Below are positions 47,405-54,292 of a stretch of 54,292 nt of DNA, piece after piece; position 1 is the first letter of the stretch, and the number at the start of each line of letters is the position of its first letter. Source of the DNA: a virus (Duplodnaviria; Caudoviricetes); IMG/VR virus record IMGVR_UViG_3300046336_000175, positions 1-54,292 of that record; one strand, given 5' to 3'. Both the position numbers and the translations under genes were made by a program. The notes beneath the pieces were generated by a model that made no database searches, was not told where the DNA came from, and saw nothing but the letters and a program-made list of their open reading frames with translations.

Positions 47405-47868
47405 AGTGGCATGTGTGGGTAATGTTTTGCGATGTAAAAATCAGGTGAAAGATTTCCGATGGCATGAAGATAGTTAATCAACCCCGAAATCTGGATCTCA
47501 GCACATTCGCTGATGTGGTGTGCGTTGGCGATTGTCATGTACTTAAACTGACAATCGAAGGGCCCATTGGTATAAATGAACCCAAGAGCGCACAGAGGGT
47601 CTAGGTCCAGATCGAGTGCTTGACTATAATCACCTGTGTTAAAATACAGCTGTGAATCACTTTCGTTGTCGGCGTGAATATGGATTGAACATGAAGAATC
47701 CTCCTGGTCACAGGCTGTCCCGACCGTCCAATGAGGGACTTCAGAGCTGATGATTGATCGATATCGGGTAAAATAATCGTATGGAGTATTAATCGATTCG
47801 TCTATGTACTCAGGGTGGATCAGATTACCAAGACTAGCGTTCCACACATTAAAAATATCATTACTCAT
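47401..47868 (-). CDS. hypothetical protein
   Basis: Coupled to both neighbours; ATG 47868. Confidence 0.65.
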   Translation of the reverse strand: MSNDIFNVWNASLGNLIHPEYIDESINTPYDYFTRYRSIISSEVPHWTVGTACDQEDSSCSIHIHADNESDSQLYFNTGDYSQALDLDLDPLCALGFIYTNGPFDCQFKYMTIANAHHISECAEIQISGLINYLHAIGNLSPDFYIAKHYPHMPL

Positions 47869-48286
47869 ATTCGGTGCTATTCCCTGTACCTTCACTCATT
47901 TGGCGATGGAGGGCGACCAACCAGGAGTTCACAATTGCGTAGTCAGTAATTCCTGTGAACCCTTTTGACCGCAATTCTTTAATAAATGCATCATTCCAAT
48001 CGAGTTGCAGTCCCAGACCTTTGTCGCTATCATAACTATCCGATTGAATCTCTACCCACGGGGCCGGTCCATTTTTCTTTGAAGACCGCTCAGCAGCAAT
48101 CCTTTCAGCTTCGGCTTTCTTATCAGCGGCGAGGGCCGTTGCCATATCAGCATTGGCTTTTCGTACTTGCTCAGCAATCTCAGCTCTCAATGTTCTGTAA
48201 CACAGAACTAATTGGTCCTCAAAAGATGTCTGGAGCGCATCCAGCTCTTGACGAAGTGACAACAGGTCTTTGAATTTACTAATCAT
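47861..48286 (-). CDS. hypothetical phage protein
   Basis: Coiled coil then PWV..LDWNDAFIKELRSKGFTG. Confidence 0.7.
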   Translation of the reverse strand: MISKFKDLLSLRQELDALQTSFEDQLVLCYRTLRAEIAEQVRKANADMATALAADKKAEAERIAAERSSKKNGPAPWVEIQSDSYDSDKGLGLQLDWNDAFIKELRSKGFTGITDYAIVNSWLVALHRQMSEGTGNSTEYE

Positions 48287-49002
48287 CTGTTTTTGATATC
48301 CATTAAAAATATTTGTGCAGAGATATTATCTGTTTTTACGTTTGTTGCCAACTGACCATTCACCGTCAACTTACATTCGAATACATCGTCAGGTGAGAAC
48401 CCTCGCTGAGACTGTTTAAGTTTCAACAAACCATTCAGGTGAGCTACAGAGTAAGTGTATGTAAAATCTGCGGTTGTTGTAGTGATACTTGGATCTAACA
48501 TAAGACTAAAAGCTTCAGACTCACTAGATCCTGATGCAGTAATTACTGAGTCCACACTTTTAAAAATTAGGAACTTGGTGTCGATGATGCGCGCCCCTTT
48601 CACTAGTTCTGCTAAGTCAGTAACAGACATATCTAGCATATGGGCAAATTTGCCTGTGAACGCTTTTGGCAAACGAGTAGTCAACTTATCATTAGCAAGT
48701 TTGAAGTCCAATGAACTCCTACCTGATTTCAATTTGATTGAGGTCGGTTTACCTTGGTTATTTTCCATGATCTCAACAGATGTTGCTGGTTGAGCAAGTC
48801 GCTGCTCGAGTACCTTCAGGCGAACTAGGCCAAGTGGTGGCCCCACGTAAGCTGTAGACATATCAAAGAAAATGACGAGGGTCGGTACTTCATCTACAGC
48901 CACGGTGTGGCTAGGAGACAACAAGAGTGTTTCTATCTCAAATACTTTTGTAAATCCGGCTACCGTTCGAATTGCATTGATCGAATTATTGTCTAGTTTC
49001 AT
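48283..49002 (-). CDS. probable sliding clamp (gp45-like)
   Basis: 239 aa, MKL start, alternating helix/strand pattern reminiscent of gp45; clamp loader present; near RNase H. Confidence 0.5.
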   Translation of the reverse strand: MKLDNNSINAIRTVAGFTKVFEIETLLLSPSHTVAVDEVPTLVIFFDMSTAYVGPPLGLVRLKVLEQRLAQPATSVEIMENNQGKPTSIKLKSGRSSLDFKLANDKLTTRLPKAFTGKFAHMLDMSVTDLAELVKGARIIDTKFLIFKSVDSVITASGSSESEAFSLMLDPSITTTTADFTYTYSVAHLNGLLKLKQSQRGFSPDDVFECKLTVNGQLATNVKTDNISAQIFLMDIKNR

Positions 49003-49609
49003 TTGTATTGATTATGTGAGAAATGTGTGTGACTACGGTGTCTGATAGTAACACCTCCATGTGATTGCAATCAACATGAACATACTCGGGGTGTACCAGT
49101 GCCTGTTGAGATGCTTGCGTGACGACCCCATCATTCGGTGGTACCCACCGTGAGTGGAGTCCCTTTGTTGTAACGAAACTCGTCACTGAGACTCCGGGGT
49201 CACACTGCAGATCTCGAATCAGTGAATTTGTTGGGGTGATATGTTTAAACACTCGGGGTGCATTTATTCCATATCGCAGAAACGATGCTGCTTTGCTTCC
49301 GCCTAGTGGACTACCAACAGTGAATACGTGGCTGATAGGTTTGTGATCATATTCACTTTGTGCCATGCACGCCCAGAGAGCTACATTGCCACCAAGTGAG
49401 TGCCCGATCACATAAACTGGTTGACCTATTTTAGCATTGATTAAAATAAACTCATACAATTCATGACCTACCTCATCTGTCGGGCGATTCCAATCATAAC
49501 AAAATGTGTGTTCCTCATACTCACTCAACACTAACTTGTAGTAATTAAGTGTCATGGTTTCTTGTGAAGCAAATGCTCCGTGTACATATACGATTGCGGG
49601 TTTGATCAT
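48986..49609 (-). CDS. alpha/beta hydrolase (lipase/esterase-like)
   Basis: VYVHG, GHSLGG, GSPLGGS, NDGVV, NH. Confidence 0.85.
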   Translation of the reverse strand: MIKPAIVYVHGAFASQETMTLNYYKLVLSEYEEHTFCYDWNRPTDEVGHELYEFILINAKIGQPVYVIGHSLGGNVALWACMAQSEYDHKPISHVFTVGSPLGGSKAASFLRYGINAPRVFKHITPTNSLIRDLQCDPGVSVTSFVTTKGLHSRWVPPNDGVVTQASQQALVHPEYVHVDCNHMEVLLSDTVVTHISHIINTNETRQ

Positions 49610-49678
49610 TGGGTTGGGGTTGCTGGGTTCGCGGGAATGACCCCCAGTGCAAAAGCACAGTGGGAGCACAGTGAAGTG

Positions 49679-50002
49679 TTATTTAGCCTTTGAAAACCAA
49701 CCGACTTTGCCATTCTCAATTTCTTTTGTATCTTCATACGGCCCTGTTCGTTTACGGTACCACTCATCCTTACACGATTCGAGCATTCCAATTATGGAAT
49801 TATGTTCTGAGTAGGTCAGTGGCGAACCTCGGTCGTAGGTACCAGCAATCATGCGAGTAGTAATGTAGTTGAGTACTCCAGGCAATTGAAGTTCAGTGTG
49901 GTTATTTGCACCGTGCGCACCTGTCACAGCAATTGTGTGATCAATGAGTGCGTCGATGTGCATGTCGAGTTGATTGCGTAATTCTTTTTTAATGTATGGC
50001 AT
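49679..50002 (-). CDS. conserved phage protein (MPYI..GxLNY..YEDxKxxxNG)
   Basis: Recognisable motif pattern. Confidence 0.75.
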   Translation of the reverse strand: MPYIKKELRNQLDMHIDALIDHTIAVTGAHGANNHTELQLPGVLNYITTRMIAGTYDRGSPLTYSEHNSIIGMLESCKDEWYRKRTGPYEDTKEIENGKVGWFSKAK

Positions 50003-50429
50003 CTGAAGTATTTGTTTTTAATTTATTTTTGGTCAATGATGCGAGCTGCTTAGTGAGCGCTTTCTTTTTCAGATCGGCGCGCTTGTCTACTAGTTTCTTA
50101 CCCTTACACAGAGCAATTATTGCCTTGAATTTTCCGGCTACAAGCTCAATTTCACTCACCACCCACGTCAGTCCATCACGACTACCAGAGGAGTTCCATG
50201 AAATTAGCTGTTTCTTGTGAGCAATACACGGGACCGATACTTGAGATTCTTCACCCTGGAAAGCAATACCGACAATTACAGCTCTACCATCCTGTTGGAA
50301 CACCACTCGAGCACCAGTAATACCAACCTGCTTATTTGCAAATTGCTTTACCTGAGCACTAGTTAGTTTGAGTCCAACTTGGGCGCGCTCGAGAATGGTG
50401 TATTTCCATTCCAGCTTATTCTGTAACAT
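49989..50429 (-). CDS. basic hypothetical protein
   Basis: Tiles with neighbours. Confidence 0.65.
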   Translation of the reverse strand: MLQNKLEWKYTILERAQVGLKLTSAQVKQFANKQVGITGARVVFQQDGRAVIVGIAFQGEESQVSVPCIAHKKQLISWNSSGSRDGLTWVVSEIELVAGKFKAIIALCKGKKLVDKRADLKKKALTKQLASLTKNKLKTNTSDAIH

Positions 50430-50435
50430 TGGGAC

Positions 50436-50558
50436 TCACAGGTTTGCAATAATGAACGAACAGATAGCAAACAACATCACTGCCATTCCTACTGTTGATG
50501 GTGCGGAAGCGTCAGTTTGGTACCACACATTTAATCGGGCAAAAAGATCTTTTAACAT
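50436..50558 (-). CDS. 40-aa membrane peptide not in ORF track
   Basis: MLKDLFARLNVWYQTDASAPSTVGMAVMLFAICSFIIANL*; fills the gap with 5 and 6 nt spacers. Confidence 0.55.
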   Translation of the reverse strand: MLKDLFARLNVWYQTDASAPSTVGMAVMLFAICSFIIANL

Positions 50559-50563
50559 ATATT

Positions 50564-51415
50564 TTATACTGCTATTGGGAGTTTTAAGAAAGGATTACAT
50601 TCATATCCAGTAATTGTGAAATCACTCATTTGAAATGAATCGATATCAGTAGTAGGATTAGAAATAACCAGACGTGGAGTACATTCTACAGGTTTGTGAG
50701 TTTGTAGCCAAGTAGTCAACTGAGGAATGTGATTTTCGTATATATGAGCATCACCAATTGCATAAATTAATTTGCGTGGTGTTCTACCGGTACACTGGGC
50801 GTATAAACTCAACAAAAGCGCATATTGAGCGATGTTGAATGGGGCACCCAATCCAATATCATTCGATCTGACGTATACCTGTAGATCTAAGTGGCCATCG
50901 TTGGTGCAATATAATTGGTGTGATTTATGGCACGGTGGTAGTGAGTATTCAGAAAGGCGAGACGGATCCCAACCTTCTACAATATGGCGGCGGGAATCGG
51001 GATTTGTTTTAATAGAGTCGATCACAGCTTTCACTTGATCAACTGCGTTCGTCATGGCAAAACCCAGCGCTCCATCACAGCGGATATCGTGTAGTGAATA
51101 CTGTGGCCACGCTCTCCACATCTGTCCATATCCAACAATGGATCCATCGGGCTCTGCCCACGGATCCCACAATTTGGATCCTCGTTCGTTCAACCACGAA
51201 ATATTATAGTTACCAGAAAGGAACCAGAGCATCTCTAAGAACGCTGTCTTATATCGAGTCTCTTTAATTGTCAGGATTGGGAATCCTTCTCGTAGATCGA
51301 ATACCATTTGATGGCCGAAAATCGATCGCGTGCCTGTCCCCGTCCGATCAGTCTTGGTCTCGCCGTCCTGAAGGATTGTTTCAATTAGTGTAATGTATTG
51401 TAGATCGTGAATCAT
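50564..51415 (-). CDS. thyA: thymidylate synthase
   Basis: DRTGTGT, YGQMWR, PDSRR, LPPCH, RSNDIGLGAPFN, GDAHIY. Confidence 0.95.
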   Translation of the reverse strand: MIHDLQYITLIETILQDGETKTDRTGTGTRSIFGHQMVFDLREGFPILTIKETRYKTAFLEMLWFLSGNYNISWLNERGSKLWDPWAEPDGSIVGYGQMWRAWPQYSLHDIRCDGALGFAMTNAVDQVKAVIDSIKTNPDSRRHIVEGWDPSRLSEYSLPPCHKSHQLYCTNDGHLDLQVYVRSNDIGLGAPFNIAQYALLLSLYAQCTGRTPRKLIYAIGDAHIYENHIPQLTTWLQTHKPVECTPRLVISNPTTDIDSFQMSDFTITGYECNPFLKLPIAV

Positions 51416-51665
51416 TTGCGTAGTGAGTAACAGTTGTTACGAAATTATTATCTTGATGTGTGGGGGGAGAATGTTTTCACTGAACCTTGCGGCCAAGTGA
51501 TACTAATCAACCCACCTGTTTTGTTATAATAGAATGTTATCATATTGGTTTATAGACGATCATCTGGAAAAGAAAACTGGTGTGATTGGCGTTTCCTCAT
51601 CAACAGTGGTAGTGAAAATAGCACACGATTGTCTGTTGGCTATATCATGCCATTTCAAACTAAAG

Positions 51666-52364
51666 TCAACGGACATACTGTTGTGGTTTTGTAAATTCTT
51701 CATGGTTGGGATTGAAAAATTGATACCCGAACAGCACTTGACCTTGATATTCAAGAGGGTCATTGAATCCCTCAACTAACTCCGAGTGGTACCAAGTTCC
51801 GAGCCGCCCAGGGTGCCAATACCTTGATACCAATGTGCTGCTGCCTTCCCTCAGTGGGTGCTCAGCTAGAACAAGGGTCCATTCCGATGATTTACCGTCA
51901 ATTGTGTAAAATTGAGTTGCTGTGTTTGGGTCGTAAGGTACTCTCCCACCAGTGTTCTTATCGACCCAGGTGCATGCGAACCGAGTTCCTAGTCGCTTTA
52001 ATACTGAGATCATTGCAAAACTTTGATCGTCACCAATCTGTATTTCACTCAGCCGTTCTGCCCTGAATAGGAACATGATGAACATCGCAAATAGGCTCTG
52101 CATGCGGGATTCTGGTACGACATATACAGTAGTCAGTATATTTCCACCAGTGATAATAAAGAATCCAAGTACAGTCGCACCATCATGGGACGCAATGTAA
52201 TTTACATCTCCTTGGTCTAGGGCCTTGTAGATTTTTACACCTTCGATGTCACCTACGTGGTCTGCCCCTTTACGTAACTGGTCTTCGAATTTGCCTAGGA
52301 ACATACCTAGGTGCTCGTAGCTCGGTGAAGCTTTCGCCATCTCCATTACGTCACATAATTTCAT
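51666..52364 (-). CDS. GNAT-fold-like protein, possibly capsid-packaged
   Basis: VYVVPESRMQSLF and GDDQS resemble degenerate GNAT motifs; AAGGTAGG RBS; TAAATA at 52390. Confidence 0.5.
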   Translation of the reverse strand: MKLCDVMEMAKASPSYEHLGMFLGKFEDQLRKGADHVGDIEGVKIYKALDQGDVNYIASHDGATVLGFFIITGGNILTTVYVVPESRMQSLFAMFIMFLFRAERLSEIQIGDDQSFAMISVLKRLGTRFACTWVDKNTGGRVPYDPNTATQFYTIDGKSSEWTLVLAEHPLREGSSTLVSRYWHPGRLGTWYHSELVEGFNDPLEYQGQVLFGYQFFNPNHEEFTKPQQYVR

Positions 52365-52455
52365 TTTCCTACCTTGTTAAACTAACGTATATTTATCCAG
52401 GACGGATATAAGCGCAGTGCTGTGGTTGGGGTTAGTTCGGCTAGCATAATCATAG

Positions 52456-52884
52456 TTATAGCGTAATTGGAGTCTGATTATCAACTAAGTGTTGTTCCCA
52501 AGGACTCGGAAAGCTACAGTTAGGCAATTCACAGCACCCAGCATCACCAAACAATGGCGCAATTACTGAGTCCTTGCAGCCTGCCAATCCACAGGCTACT
52601 CGTGTAATGAAGAACTCCAACTCGGGATGTGAATGAGCATATTGGGTAAATTCGATAACAAAACCTCTGATGGTAGGCATTGGAAGTGTTGCAGAAATAG
52701 ATGCATTTTTTGTGGGAATTGCATAACTATTCCCCTGCATACCACGAGGATTCCCCCACTCTGCACCAAAGTACCTGTGTGCTGCCTTAGCCGCTCCTGC
52801 ACCGTGGATACCAGCAAGATTTGATCCAAACACAAATATTCCTGATTTGGGTACGGTACAATCTGGGTGAAATTTAATTTTCAT
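52456..52884 (-). CDS. macro-domain-like phage protein (IFVFGSN family)
   Basis: IFVFGSNLAGIHGAGAA, SYAIPTK, TRVACGLAG. Confidence 0.75.
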   Translation of the reverse strand: MKIKFHPDCTVPKSGIFVFGSNLAGIHGAGAAKAAHRYFGAEWGNPRGMQGNSYAIPTKNASISATLPMPTIRGFVIEFTQYAHSHPELEFFITRVACGLAGCKDSVIAPLFGDAGCCELPNCSFPSPWEQHLVDNQTPITL

Positions 52885-53122
52885 CGGGCTGATGCCTTTT
52901 TGCTCTGTATGTTCCAATGAACCCTAAGTTTTTGCCACAGGACCTGCACCACGCTGTACAGCTCATATCCTCATTCACAGTTTTGTGTTTGCAGCGTAGG
53001 CGTTTGATGTATGTTGGTACGTGATATAACAGGTATACGAGTAAAATCAGAGTGATGAACACAACTCCGATCAAAAACTCAGCTACTGACTTCATTAACC
53101 AAAAATATAGATACTCAACCAT
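52874..53122 (-). CDS. small membrane protein with CxH..CxxC
   Basis: TM helix then CKH..CRSCGK; GGGG RBS-like. Confidence 0.65.
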   Translation of the reverse strand: MVEYLYFWLMKSVAEFLIGVVFITLILLVYLLYHVPTYIKRLRCKHKTVNEDMSCTAWCRSCGKNLGFIGTYRAKRHQPDEN

Positions 53123-53175
53123 TCGTACACCCCGTGGGAAGTTGATCTGATTTTACCATAAAATAATCCTGTTCA

Positions 53176-53676
53176 TCAATAGTTTTGCGTCGAATCGCCG
53201 AGTGAGTAGTAATCAACATCACCACAAGCTGGCCCTTTGTTGATCAATTCTGGGGCGACGTAGATGTCTGCAAGGCCACCTTCAGCATAGTATCCAGATT
53301 GAGTAATGACCAGTCGAGTCTGGGGATTTTTGGATTGTAGATCCAGCAGTGTGGCAATCATATCCGCAATGTGAATTGAATTTGCTTCCAGTTCTCTGGA
53401 TCGTTGTAACTGTTTGACCAACGATTTGAACGGCATGCTGCACATAATATCTGCAGTGCGGGCAGAGAGAACCGCATTATCTGTATACTTTGATAGGTAC
53501 GTACTGGTACAGTTGGTACGAGTCTGAACACCAGCATCATTACAAAACTCATCACATGGTCGAAACTCACCAGAAATAGAGCAACGGATATAGTCACCAG
53601 GGACTTCCATGATTAGTGGTGTGCTGTCGATAATATTAACAATTTTCATCATTTTGAGATTTCCTAGTTGTTTCAC
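53176..53676 (-). CDS. hypothetical protein
   Basis: Behind a consensus promoter; start uncertain (53676 GTG or 53652/53649 ATG). Confidence 0.65.
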   Translation of the reverse strand: MKQLGNLKMMKIVNIIDSTPLIMEVPGDYIRCSISGEFRPCDEFCNDAGVQTRTNCTSTYLSKYTDNAVLSARTADIMCSMPFKSLVKQLQRSRELEANSIHIADMIATLLDLQSKNPQTRLVITQSGYYAEGGLADIYVAPELINKGPACGDVDYYSLGDSTQNY

Positions 53677-53687
53677 CCTTAGGGTAT

Positions 53688-53716
53688 ATTATAAATCAAT
53701 TTTGTTAAAAAGTCAA
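53688..53716 (-). promoter_or_regulatory. sigma70-type early promoter
   Basis: TTGACT, 17 nt, TATAAT. Confidence 0.75.
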
Positions 53717-53732
53717 CGGTAGGCGATAGTTC

Positions 53733-53987
53733 TCACAAAATTCGATCTAGCATTTTTACAGTGCGCTTGCGGTTTGATAACTCAAATAGTGAGCGGCATG
53801 AGACGCACTGATAGCACCCTGGGGCCGCCGTGCGACGGGCTGGAGGAATTTCATCTCCACACTCACGGCAGTGAGCAGCATGAGTGTGCTGGTCATATAA
53901 CTCCAACCGGACTGCCTGTAGTGCATTTTCAGCAACAATCAGTGCGTGTTCTGATTCAGCATCACTCGAAGTGTAACCAAAAGCCAT
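53733..53987 (-). CDS. TraR/YbiI-like C4 zinc finger protein
   Basis: MAFGY.. start; CRECGDEIPPARRTAAPGCYQCVSC. Confidence 0.8.
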   Translation of the reverse strand: MAFGYTSSDAESEHALIVAENALQAVRLELYDQHTHAAHCRECGDEIPPARRTAAPGCYQCVSCRSLFELSNRKRTVKMLDRIL

Positions 53988-53991
53988 AATT

Positions 53992-54177
53992 TTATCGGGT
54001 AGTGCGTGAAGAAGCCAGCTCGACAACATATACAGCAGGTAGTCCACCAATTAGCGCAATTGCAGCTGAATCACTGATTGTGATGCTCTGTTGTTGGGTT
54101 GTTGTACTCGCGTATCCCAATAGGATAATAGCTGTGAGTAGTATGGGTGTGCTAATTTGGCATATGTTGAGTTTCAT
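53992..54177 (-). CDS. small membrane protein
   Basis: AAGGA RBS; two hydrophobic segments. Confidence 0.6.
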   Translation of the reverse strand: MKLNICQISTPILLTAIILLGYASTTTQQQSITISDSAAIALIGGLPAVYVVELASSRTTR

Positions 54178-54208
54178 ATTCCTTGAATTTGTAGTCGCTT
54201 GTAGGTCT

Positions 54209-54236
54209 ATTATACCCCAGATTCAGCATAAGTCAA
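54209..54236 (-). promoter_or_regulatory. sigma70-type early promoter
   Basis: TTGACT, 16 nt, TATAAT. Confidence 0.75.
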
Positions 54237-54292
54237 CACAAATCAAGGAATGTATCTAACCTCATCAAAAGAAACCCAATGGGTGATGTGGC

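Noticed and set aside
50564-51415. ThyA homolog as dCMP hydroxymethylase, or intron-containing like T4 td
   Set aside because: It has the dUMP-specifying Asn (GAPFN) and is one uninterrupted 283-aa ORF
51534-51779. 81-aa + strand ORF after a TATAAT
   Set aside because: Overlaps the - strand gene by 114 nt, no clear -35 or RBS, no motif; cannot be supported though not excluded
1-54292. tRNA, rRNA, IS elements or stop-codon reassignment
   Set aside because: No cloverleaf, transposase or terminal repeats recognised in the short intergenic gaps; conserved genes are full length under the standard code and end in TAA, TGA and TAG

Overview
Window from a large T4-superfamily (jumbo-type) myophage genome; no cellular housekeeping, rRNA, tRNA or CRISPR features are visible. 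The + strand half (1-24859) holds early genes and a replication/recombination cluster (gp32-like SSB, UvsX, UvsY, UvsW, clamp loader, GroES). It also holds a minimal DnaE-like polymerase split into two small genes, and five paralogous nucleases built from 4-5 tandem ~67-aa Zn-binding modules fused to a PD-(D/E)xK-type domain. The - strand half (24831-54292) holds modular tail fibre/spike genes, an endolysin, putative capsid-packaged proteins, QueE and QueD-like genes, RNase H, a probable sliding clamp, ThyA and accessory genes, interrupted by one inverted Hef-like endonuclease. Best candidates for undescribed biology: (1) the Zn-repeat nuclease family, 22 modules with a hypervariable putative recognition segment and DNA-identical hinges suggesting module shuffling; (2) the two-piece miniature C-family polymerase. 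All family calls rest on motif recognition by eye, not database searches.
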